Of a stretch of DNA of 31,423 bases, positions 1-7,309 are shown one piece after another. The stretch's first letter is position 1; every line of letters starts with the position of its first letter. The stretch covers positions 1 to 31,423 of the forward strand of contig PEVQ01000190.1 of NCBI GenBank assembly GCA_002780205.1. Direction: 5' to 3'. A program made the translations under genes and the position numbers. Origin of the DNA: Elusimicrobia bacterium CG06_land_8_20_14_3_00_38_11. GTDB taxonomy: Bacteria; Elusimicrobiota; UBA8919. The notes beneath the pieces were generated by a model. The model was given only the letters and a program-made list of their open reading frames with translations. It did not search any database and was not told the origin of the DNA.

Positions 1-2
1 TT

Positions 3-1190
3 TCTTTTCTTATTGCGTTGTATCTTACAAAAACCCGAGCGGGATGGATTGCTTTTATCGTCTCACTTATAGTTTTTATTTTTTTGTCGTTGGATTCAAA
101 AGTCAAAAGGTTGATTCTAATTTTTGTCCTGGTAATTTTCGGATTTTTGTTCACCTTAAAAACAAAAAATGTCTGGATGCGACAGCAGGGGCATCTTCTT
201 ATCTGGCGCGACTCATTAAGAATGCTTTTTGATAAACCGGTTTTTGGCGTCGGACTCGGCAGTTTCCATATAAGTTTCCCCGATTATGCGTCGGATGAAC
301 TAAAAAAAATCTGGCCCCAATCGCAAAATATCGTCAATGATGCCCATTCGGAGTTTGTTCAGATTCTTGCCGAGACGGGAATCGTCGGTTTCGGGATTTT
401 CCTGTGGATACTTTTTTCAGTATTTTATCACGCCCATCAATTTTACAAACGGTTGCATGATAGGGAAGAGTTTTTAATTTATGCCGCATTATTTTCTTCG
501 GCAATCGGACTTCTGGTCCAGAATTTTTTTTCGGTTGATATGCGTTTCACAATTTCTTCGTTTTATCTTTTTTCCATATTCGGGATACTTTCCTCTCATT
601 CATCGGTAAAAACGAAAGAGATAAAATTGCAAAAACCCGAAAAATTATTTATTATGCTCGTTCTTTTTTCGGCGGTTATTTTTTTAGAATATAAAATGGT
701 TATAAAACAATACAGAAGTTGGAAGATTGTTTTTGAAAGCAAAGATTTTCTGGATAAAAGAATTGTTAATTCCGACGAGCAAAAAAAAGAAATTGAAAAA
801 ATGCTCGCTGCAAATCCCTCTGATGCCCGTCTGTATTTCAAGTTGGGGTATCTTTTTGCTAACGAAATCAAAGTTAACAAGGTCTCCGCCGATCTCGCCA
901 TAGCAAATTTTACAAAAGCCGCTCTTCTTGACCCGAAAGTTGAAAACGGCGGTGCATTTAATAATCTGGGAAATATCTATTTTACGCTCGGTGACAGAAA
1001 AAGTGCAAAAGAAAATTATATCAAAGCCATCAGCATAAATCCATCTTTAATTGATGCCCGGTTAAATCTCGGCATTGCTTATTATTACGAGGGTAAATTA
1101 AAAGAGAGTTCGGCTGAGTTTGAAAAAGCACTTGAACTTGACCCCAAAAATTCATCAGCAATTTATATGTTGAAAAAAATGAGAGAATAG
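3..1190 (+). CDS. O-antigen ligase (Wzy_C)-family membrane protein with C-terminal TPRs; 5'-partial
   Basis: The frame is open back to the window edge. It shows TKTRAGW (T/SRxGW-like), IWRDSLRMLFDKPVFGVGLGSF and AHSEFVQILAETGIVG (the AHN..LQ..AE.G.G motif), then TPRs (AFNNLGNIYFTLG, ARLNLGIAYYYEG). Confidence 0.8.
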   Translation, partial: SFLIALYLTKTRAGWIAFIVSLIVFIFLSLDSKVKRLILIFVLVIFGFLFTLKTKNVWMRQQGHLLIWRDSLRMLFDKPVFGVGLGSFHISFPDYASDELKKIWPQSQNIVNDAHSEFVQILAETGIVGFGIFLWILFSVFYHAHQFYKRLHDREEFLIYAALFSSAIGLLVQNFFSVDMRFTISSFYLFSIFGILSSHSSVKTKEIKLQKPEKLFIMLVLFSAVIFLEYKMVIKQYRSWKIVFESKDFLDKRIVNSDEQKKEIEKMLAANPSDARLYFKLGYLFANEIKVNKVSADLAIANFTKAALLDPKVENGGAFNNLGNIYFTLGDRKSAKENYIKAISINPSLIDARLNLGIAYYYEGKLKESSAEFEKALELDPKNSSAIYMLKKMRE

Positions 1191-1201
1191 AGGGGGCAGA
1201 G

Positions 1202-1267
1202 AATGGAGATTAAGAGATTAGGGTTTTGACTTTCCCTCATTTCCTAATTTCCATTTTCCTAATCTCT
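1202..1267. repeat. Intergenic imperfect palindrome built from GAGATTA(A/G)-type units
   Basis: AGAGATTAGG (1213-1222) is the exact reverse complement of CCTAATCTCT (1258-1267). AATGGAGATTAAG (1202-1214) matches the complement of CCTAATTTCCATT (1243-1255) at 11/13. Confidence 0.65.
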
Positions 1268-1289
1268 GGCGTTCACTCAACCGTAGTTT

Positions 1290-2198
1290 ATGAAAAAAAT
1301 CAGTCACCTGATTGAATTTATCTTACTTTTTATTTTCAATATATTTGTCTTGATTATTCCACTGAAGTTGGCATTGTGGTTGGGCCGCCGTCTCGGTGAC
1401 ATTGCTTTTGTTGTCTTAAAAATCAGAAGAGATGTCGTTATGAAAAATCTCTCATTTGCTTTCTCAAATAAAAATCCTGACGAACTCTTTGATATCGCCC
1501 GTCGGACATATCAAAATTTTGGGATGTCAATGATAGAACTTTTATCCTTTCCGAAACTGAAATTAAAAAAACTTATAGATACTAAAATTGAGTTTGAAGG
1601 GCTTGAATATCTTGACGAACTTATTGCTCAAAAACAGGGTGCGGTGCTTGTGGCGGGGCATTTCGGCTCGTGGGAACTTATGGGCGCCGCTACATGTCAA
1701 AAGGGTTATCCGCTTGATTTTCTGGTCGGAAAACAGCATAATATTCCGGTTGACAATCTTCTCAATTTCTACAGAAAAATAAAAAAAATCGGGATTATTC
1801 ACTTAAAGATGGCGTTAAAAGGAGTTATGAAAGCGGTTAAAACCGGCAGATTTGTAGCGATGCTTTCCGACCAGGATGCCGGGAAAAGAGACGGTGTGTT
1901 TGTCAATTTTTTCTGTCGTCCTGCGTCAACTCCTAAAGGTCCCGCAGTTTTTTCTTTAAGAGCCGGTGTGCCGGTAATTATGGGATTTTGTATAAGGCAG
2001 AAACCGTTTAACAGGCATAAAATAAAATTTCTAAAAGTTGATTTCAACAAAACCGGCGATGACGAAAAAGACATTGAACTTTTAACCTCAAAATATACTC
2101 AGATTTTAGAGGGTTTTATCAAAAAATATCCTGACCACTGGTTTTGGTTCCATAAAAGATGGAAAACGGTTATTGACAATACGCCGAATATGTATTAA
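1290..2198 (+). CDS. lpxL: Lipid A late acyltransferase (LpxL/HtrB family)
   Basis: N-terminal membrane anchor, HFGSWE catalytic motif, AMLSDQDAG, VNFFCRPASTPKGPA and C-terminal YPDHWFWFHKRWK. Confidence 0.85.
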   Translation: MKKISHLIEFILLFIFNIFVLIIPLKLALWLGRRLGDIAFVVLKIRRDVVMKNLSFAFSNKNPDELFDIARRTYQNFGMSMIELLSFPKLKLKKLIDTKIEFEGLEYLDELIAQKQGAVLVAGHFGSWELMGAATCQKGYPLDFLVGKQHNIPVDNLLNFYRKIKKIGIIHLKMALKGVMKAVKTGRFVAMLSDQDAGKRDGVFVNFFCRPASTPKGPAVFSLRAGVPVIMGFCIRQKPFNRHKIKFLKVDFNKTGDDEKDIELLTSKYTQILEGFIKKYPDHWFWFHKRWKTVIDNTPNMY

Positions 2199-2201
2199 AA
2201 T
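2173..2201 (+). promoter_or_regulatory. Sigma70-type promoter for tRNA-Ser and the downstream genes
   Basis: TTGACA (2173-2178), 17 nt, TAAAAT (2196-2201), inside the lpxL 3' end and 33 nt upstream of the tRNA. Confidence 0.75.
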
Positions 2202-2234
2202 AAAGGCAATTAAAAATTTTTAATTGATTTTTCT

Positions 2235-2322
2235 GGAGAGGTGGCCGAGCGGCTGAAGGCGCGGGTCTCGAAAACCCGTATATCGCTTTGCGGTATCGAG
2301 AGTTCAAATCTCTCCCTCTCCG
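2235..2322 (+). tRNA. tRNA-Ser (anticodon CGA), 3' CCA not encoded
   Basis: Acceptor GGAGAGG/CCTCTCC with G discriminator; D arm GCC/GGC; anticodon arm CGGGT-CTCGAAA-ACCCG; long variable arm TATCGC-TTT-GCGGTA; T arm GAGAG-TTCAAAT-CTCTC. Confidence 0.97.
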
Positions 2323-2340
2323 TATTTTTGGAGGGCTGAT

Positions 2341-3444
2341 ATGAGAAAAATTTTAATCTGTGTAATCTGTGTTTTCAATCTATGTAATCTGTGTTTTGCA
2401 AAAAAAGAAGGAACTGTTATTTTAGATTCGCTGCCCAAAGCGATTTCACCAAATAGAGACGGTTTATATGAAAAAACAAGATTTATTATTTCCGCGGATG
2501 CAGGTAAAATCAAAAAGTGGACAATTGAAATAAAAAACGATATTGGCGTTCCCGTAAAAACTTTTACCGGCGTTGATGCTATTCCCGTTGCTCTTGAGTG
2601 GGACGGCACTGATGAAAAAGGCACAGTGGCGCCCGACGGCAAATATGTTTGTGTGATGACTATTGACGGCAAATATCCCGCCCGTTCAAATGAATTATGG
2701 ATTAATGTGGACACGATGGAACCGTTCGCCGGAATTTCTGTCTCAACGAACGGAATTACTCCGAATAATGATGGCAGAGATGATTTTGTTGACATTTCGT
2801 TTATTGCCGAAGACCCCGTAGGTTTTTCTCTCTGGCAGATATCAATTGAAAATTCTAAAGGTATTGAAGTAATATCCAGAAAAGGTAACAATGATATTCT
2901 GAAAAGTTTCAGGTGGGACGGCAAAGACGATTATTACAAAAATGTCGTTCCCGATGGTAAATATAAAATAAAATTCAGCGTGCTTGATGCGGTCGGCAAC
3001 AAAACAGAGGCAGAGCCGGTTGAAATAGATGTTAGCGTTCAGAAAAAAATTATTCCCGAAGTAAAAAATATTTCCGTTAAAGAGGAAAAAAGGGGGCTGG
3101 TCGTTAATCTTGCCTCTGCGGTACTTTTTGATTCTGGCAAGTCGGAATTAAAACCCGCCTCTTATTCGGTTATGAACGAAGTGGTAAAACTTATGCAGGA
3201 TTACCCGGAAAATAAAATTTTGATTGAAGGTCACACGGACAGTTATGGAAGCAATGCATATAATAAAAAATTATCCGAAAAACGGGCACAGGCGGTTAGC
3301 AATGTTCTTGTTTCAAAATACGCGGTGGACTCAAAACGGCTGAAAGTGGTGGGCTACGGCGAGGAGAAACCGCTTGCGGATAACAAAACTGCCGTCGGAA
3401 GAGAACAAAACAGAAGAGTGGAAATTATAATACTTAAAAAATGA
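2341..3444 (+). CDS. Exported OmpA-family protein with two FlgD/Ig-like (SPNxDG...WDG) domains
   Basis: GGAGG RBS and a signal peptide. Repeated ISPNRDG/ITPNNDGRDD and WDGTD..PDGKY/WDGKD..PDGKY motifs. OmpA C-terminal domain LFDSGKSELK...IEGHTDSYG...LSEKRA...NRRVEI. Confidence 0.9.
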   Translation: MRKILICVICVFNLCNLCFAKKEGTVILDSLPKAISPNRDGLYEKTRFIISADAGKIKKWTIEIKNDIGVPVKTFTGVDAIPVALEWDGTDEKGTVAPDGKYVCVMTIDGKYPARSNELWINVDTMEPFAGISVSTNGITPNNDGRDDFVDISFIAEDPVGFSLWQISIENSKGIEVISRKGNNDILKSFRWDGKDDYYKNVVPDGKYKIKFSVLDAVGNKTEAEPVEIDVSVQKKIIPEVKNISVKEEKRGLVVNLASAVLFDSGKSELKPASYSVMNEVVKLMQDYPENKILIEGHTDSYGSNAYNKKLSEKRAQAVSNVLVSKYAVDSKRLKVVGYGEEKPLADNKTAVGREQNRRVEIIILKK

Positions 3445-3538
3445 TGCGAGGGCATATCAGGATTTCAATCCTGATGCTTATGCCCGAAGCATCACACAAT
3501 AATGGTAGCCCACCCTTCAGGGTGGGTGAGCGAAGCGA
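3442..3538 (+). repeat. Structured intergenic element, copy A (double hairpin with TGAGCGAAGCGA tail)
   Basis: TCAGGAT-TTCA-ATCCTGA inside an outer stem (TGATGC/GCATCA, GGGCATA/TATGCCC), then CAATAATG, GTAG-CCCACCC-TTCA-GGGTGGG and TGAGCGAAGCGA. Confidence 0.85.
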
Positions 3539-3544
3539 AGAATA

Positions 3545-4366
3545 ATGACCGGATTAAAAAAAATAATTTTGTCAATTTTCATAATAATAATTTCTCTGAT
3601 AATTATTTTCACAGTCGTAGAAAAATTCGTTTTTCCGTCAAAACTTTTGAAAAATTATGTACAGGGAAGAATCTCATATATTTCCGGAGCAACAACCGAA
3701 TTAAAAGACATATCGGTCGGTTTAAGCGGGATTAAACTGATTAATATTGTTATTTTTCTGCCGGATGTATTTGAATTAAAAATTGAAAAAACAATAATTT
3801 CTCCCAATTTATTTCCGTTTCCGAGAAAGCAGGTTGCTTTTAACGAAATAAAAATAGTAAAACCGAAAATTAAACTTTGGAAAGGGTTCAGAAATTTCAA
3901 ACTGAAAAAAAATGTTTTACATGCCGGCCACACATTAGTTCTAAGCAGATTAAAAATTGAAGACGGGAGTTTTTATTACGGCGGACTTGAAATTCTTGGC
4001 ATTCAAGTTGATATAAAAAATGCATCAATTATCGGCATATTCCCGATAGAAATATATTTTGATATGGAAGGTGTCGGAGCAAAAATTTCTGCTGAATATG
4101 ATTTCAAAAAACAGTATCTTAAAATAAATAACGCAGCCATTAAAAGCGATAAAAAAAATGTAATAATTTCAGGTGGTATTGAAAAACCCATGAATCTGGA
4201 TGAGGCGGAGTTTGATGTCGTTGTAAAAGGCAGCGGAGAATTGTTTAATAAATTTTTTCTGTCAAATATCCGGCATAAAAAGAAAATTATCATTTTTGAT
4301 AAAGAAAATATAGAACTAAAAATTCACGGAAATCTTAACTCATTTCAAGTAGTAAATTTGCAATAA
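3545..4366 (+). CDS. Hypothetical protein with N-terminal membrane anchor, AsmA-like
   Basis: One N-terminal TM helix followed by a beta-rich region resembling AsmA N-termini (ISVGLSGIKLINI...EIKIVKPKI...RLKIEDGSF). The family call is tentative. Confidence 0.5.
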   Translation: MTGLKKIILSIFIIIISLIIIFTVVEKFVFPSKLLKNYVQGRISYISGATTELKDISVGLSGIKLINIVIFLPDVFELKIEKTIISPNLFPFPRKQVAFNEIKIVKPKIKLWKGFRNFKLKKNVLHAGHTLVLSRLKIEDGSFYYGGLEILGIQVDIKNASIIGIFPIEIYFDMEGVGAKISAEYDFKKQYLKINNAAIKSDKKNVIISGGIEKPMNLDEAEFDVVVKGSGELFNKFFLSNIRHKKKIIIFDKENIELKIHGNLNSFQVVNLQ

Positions 4367-4370
4367 AAAA

Positions 4371-4465
4371 GAATTTGTGAAATGGCGGGTTTCAACCCGC
4401 CGCCAATGGAACAAATTCGAACCAATAATGTGGCCCCCGAATTTATTCGGGGGTGAGCGAAGCGA
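4371..4465 (+). repeat. Structured intergenic element, copy B (95 nt)
   Basis: GAATTTGT/ACAAATTC outer stem, GGCGGGT-TTCA-ACCCGCC, CAATAATG, GTGG-CCCCCGAA-TTTA-TTCGGGGG and TGAGCGAAGCGA. It is gap-free colinear with copy C (79/95 identical by hand count). Confidence 0.9.
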
Positions 4466-4482
4466 AATGGAGGTGATGTAAA

Positions 4483-4704
4483 ATGATGGCAGTAATTGGT
4501 GGTATTGTTGCGGTCTTAATCGGTATTGTTTTGCTGTTTGGCGGTCCGCTTTTTGGTCTTCCTGTTTATATGTGGGATGACTTCCTTGTTTGTCTTAAAG
4601 GGACTATTTCTTCTGGACTTGTGCTCGGTGGAATTCTCGCAGTTATAGCCGGTGTTTCGGCAATCAAGGACAGGGCAAAAGCGAAATCAGAGGAAAATAA
4701 ATAA
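4483..4704 (+). CDS. Small membrane protein, 73 aa, two hydrophobic segments
   Basis: Strong GGAGGT RBS, two Gly-rich hydrophobic stretches and a charged tail. Its stop abuts the thiL start. Confidence 0.75.
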   Translation: MMAVIGGIVAVLIGIVLLFGGPLFGLPVYMWDDFLVCLKGTISSGLVLGGILAVIAGVSAIKDRAKAKSEENK

Positions 4705-5676
4705 TTGAAAATATCTCAACTTGGCGAGTTTGGTTTAATAGAAAGAATAAGAGAGAAAAACAAAAAAGCGGTTCATCATTCCGGGACGGTTGTCGGTATA
4801 GGCGACGATTGTGCTGTCGTGAAATGCCGAAATGAAAACTTGCTTTTTACGACGGACACACTTGTAGAAAATGTCCATTTTTCAAAAAAATATTACAGTT
4901 TTTTTGATATTGGATATAAATCGCTTGCCGTTAACCTTTCCGATATCGCTGCGATGGGGGGTATGCCGCTTTACGCTCTTGTAACCGCCGGTTTTCCTGC
5001 CGAAACAAAAGTTAAAGACGCAGATGAAATTTATCGCGCAATTCGTAAACTTGCTACCGAGTTTAATGTTGAAATTATAGGAGGAGATACCGTTAAGTCC
5101 CCGGCTGCTTTAATAATTTCAATTACACTTATAGGAAAAACAATTTTCGGTTCCGGTATAAAAAGAAGCGGAGCGGTCGCTGGTGATTTAATTTTCACGA
5201 CCGGCAATTTCGGTGACTCTTCGGCAGGACTTTACTTATTACAAAAAGGTATTTCGGACTATAAAGAACTTAAAAAAAAGCATCTGAATCCCTACCCGCG
5301 AATTAAAGAAGGATTTTTTATCGCAAAATCCGGTTTTGCAACTTCAATGATTGATTCTTCCGACGGGTTTGATAAGTCAGTCCGTTTTATCTGTCAGGAA
5401 TCAAAAGTTGGTTGCAAAATTTATCTTGACAAAATTCCCGTTTCTGATGAGTTTAAATCTTTCGCTTCCGACTTCCGACTTCCGACTTCCGACTTTATTT
5501 TATTCGGTGGCGAAGAATATGAACTTATATTTACCGTCCCGCCCGGTAAAAAATCATATTTTGAAAAAAGATTTTATGAAGTAGGAAAAATTACAAAAGA
5601 CAAAAAAATTATCTATCTGAACTCAAACAATAAAAAAGTCAATTTGAAAAATAACGGCTATGACCATTTCAAGTAA
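4705..5676 (+). CDS. thiL: Thiamine-monophosphate kinase
   Basis: GEFGLIE, GIGDDCAVV, TTDTLVENVHF, KSLAVNLSDIAAMGG, IIGGDT, MIDSSDG and GGEEYELIFT motifs; TTG start. Confidence 0.95.
   Translation: MKISQLGEFGLIERIREKNKKAVHHSGTVVGIGDDCAVVKCRNENLLFTTDTLVENVHFSKKYYSFFDIGYKSLAVNLSDIAAMGGMPLYALVTAGFPAETKVKDADEIYRAIRKLATEFNVEIIGGDTVKSPAALIISITLIGKTIFGSGIKRSGAVAGDLIFTTGNFGDSSAGLYLLQKGISDYKELKKKHLNPYPRIKEGFFIAKSGFATSMIDSSDGFDKSVRFICQESKVGCKIYLDKIPVSDEFKSFASDFRLPTSDFILFGGEEYELIFTVPPGKKSYFEKRFYEVGKITKDKKIIYLNSNNKKVNLKNNGYDHFK
5465..5495 (+). repeat. Heptamer tandem repeat (CTTCCGA)x4.4 inside thiL
   Basis: CTTCCGA four times plus CTT, translated as ASDFRLPTSDF. Confidence 0.9.
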
Positions 5677-7309
5677 AACCGAACAAATGTTCGGTTTTGG
5701 AAAAATCAAAAATATGTTCCGTCTAAAGCAATTTGAAAAAACTGAAAACCGAACAAATGTTCGCCCGAACAAATGTTCGGAGATTGCGTTTCTCTGTGTT
5801 GTTACTATTATCCTTTTAGTTCCGTTTTACAACAAGGCAATTTCTTCCGATGCGATATTTTATATCTATACGGCAAGACAGATTCTAAAAGAGCCGCTTA
5901 AACCGTTTGATTTCCAGATAAACTGTGCAGAAAAAAATTATTTCGGATGGGATGTTGCCAATAATCCGCCATTGGTCTCATACCTCATTGCCGGTATCAT
6001 AAAAATTTTTGGCGAAAATGAAAAAATACTGCATCTTGTTTTTCTTGGTTTTGCCGTATTTACCATTATGGGAATGTATTTTCTATCCGATGAGTTAAAA
6101 ATAAATCCGTTTTTTTCCACACTTCTTTTAATAGCCAGCCCGGCATTTTTTGTGAATGCTACCGATATTATGCTTGATATTCCGATGCTCGCATTTTCAC
6201 TGTGGGGTATCTATTTTGTAATTAACGAAAAATTTATCGGATGGATTTTACTCGGTTTGGCGGTTCTTATAAAATTTGTAGCGATTATAAATTTACCGGT
6301 TGTTTTTGCATGGTTTTTACTTAATAAAAAACTAAAAAAAAATCTTATATTTTTTTTGATTCCGATTTTATTTTTAATTGCCTGGTCAACGCATAATAAA
6401 TTAGTTTATGATGAAATTCAAATTCTGAAAAAATCTCTTTCGGTGGGGTTGTTTTTCGGACCGGTAAAAGAAATTCCGCTTTTAACCTACCTCGGAGGCG
6501 CTTTTATTTTTCCTTTGAGTATTTTATGGATTAGTTTCAAATACAATAAAGTTTATATTTGGTTTTTTATAATTTTATTTTCAGTTGCAAATCTTTTTTT
6601 TAACTTACTTGGTAATTCTAATCTTAAAAATTTGTTTTTCGGAGTTTTTATATCTTCGTCAGTTATGCTTATTTTTATTTTTGCAGAGCATCTTAGAAAA
6701 ACAAATTTCCAAAACGAAACTTTTTTTCTTGTAATGTGGTTTTTTCTATATTTTCTTTTTTTTGCATCCGTTTCGGCGATAATTGCGGTAAGATATCTTT
6801 TACCTCTTTTGCCACCGGTAATAATGCTATTAGTAAAAATATCGCAAGATTTATCAACCAGAAAAGTTTTTTTGACAATAACGATTACAGCAGGAATTAT
6901 CCTGTCGTTATTTCTTACACATTCCGATTATATGCTTGCCGGTTCATACAGGGATATTGCGGAATATATCAAAAATAATTATGCGGGGCAAAATGTTTAT
7001 TTTACAGGACATCTTGGCTTCCAATACTATATGGAGAAAAACGGTTTTTTAGCAGTTGATTCAAACGATAAAATATATCCGAAAAATTCGATTTTAGTTA
7101 ATCCGATTTTTCCTGTCACGCAAAAAATTCATAAAGATGTCTTTAAAAAATTAAAATTCATAGAAGAAAAATATGTATTTACAAAAAATCCTTTTAGAAC
7201 AATGAACCCCTGGGTAAATGCGGGATTTCACTTAAATATGTATGGGCTTTTGCCTTATTCCTTTTCAAGCGACCCGTTAGAAGCATTTATAATTTACAAA
7301 GTTAAATGA
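5660..7309 (+). CDS. GT-C fold glycosyltransferase (ArnT/PMT, GT39/GT83-like)
   Basis: Multi-pass membrane protein with SSDAIFYIYTARQI, NNPPLVSYLIA, MLDIPMLAFSLWG, LAVLIKF and AVRYLLPLLPP. The start codon is uncertain (5660, 5687 or 5714). Confidence 0.75.
   Translation: MTISSKTEQMFGFGKIKNMFRLKQFEKTENRTNVRPNKCSEIAFLCVVTIILLVPFYNKAISSDAIFYIYTARQILKEPLKPFDFQINCAEKNYFGWDVANNPPLVSYLIAGIIKIFGENEKILHLVFLGFAVFTIMGMYFLSDELKINPFFSTLLLIASPAFFVNATDIMLDIPMLAFSLWGIYFVINEKFIGWILLGLAVLIKFVAIINLPVVFAWFLLNKKLKKNLIFFLIPILFLIAWSTHNKLVYDEIQILKKSLSVGLFFGPVKEIPLLTYLGGAFIFPLSILWISFKYNKVYIWFFIILFSVANLFFNLLGNSNLKNLFFGVFISSSVMLIFIFAEHLRKTNFQNETFFLVMWFFLYFLFFASVSAIIAVRYLLPLLPPVIMLLVKISQDLSTRKVFLTITITAGIILSLFLTHSDYMLAGSYRDIAEYIKNNYAGQNVYFTGHLGFQYYMEKNGFLAVDSNDKIYPKNSILVNPIFPVTQKIHKDVFKKLKFIEEKYVFTKNPFRTMNPWVNAGFHLNMYGLLPYSFSSDPLEAFIIYKVK
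5675..5780. repeat. Three copies of the palindrome CGAAC-AAAT-GTTCG (matches the Gram-positive-type LexA box consensus)
   Basis: Exact copies at 5680-5693, 5750-5763 and 5766-5779. The first extends to a 10-bp inverted repeat AAAACCGAAC/GTTCGGTTTT (5675-5698). Confidence 0.8.

Noticed and set aside
2235-2340. tRNA-Ser as the integration site of a genomic island
   Set aside because: There is no integrase and no duplicated tRNA 3' end in the window, and the downstream gene follows after 18 nt.
3442-3538. Elements A, B and C as intrinsic terminators or a known riboswitch
   Set aside because: No U-tract follows the hairpins on the + strand and I recognise no known aptamer core. They are kept as an unclassified structured repeat pending an Rfam search.
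3502-3735. 77-aa ORF overlapping the AsmA-like gene
   Set aside because: It starts inside the repeat element, is out of frame with a longer plausible gene and has no recognisable motif.
5351-5584. Alternative-frame ORF containing LPTSDFRLPT, suggesting a frameshift in thiL
   Set aside because: A heptamer tract gives the same peptide in every frame, and the main thiL frame already holds all motifs through GGEEYEL.
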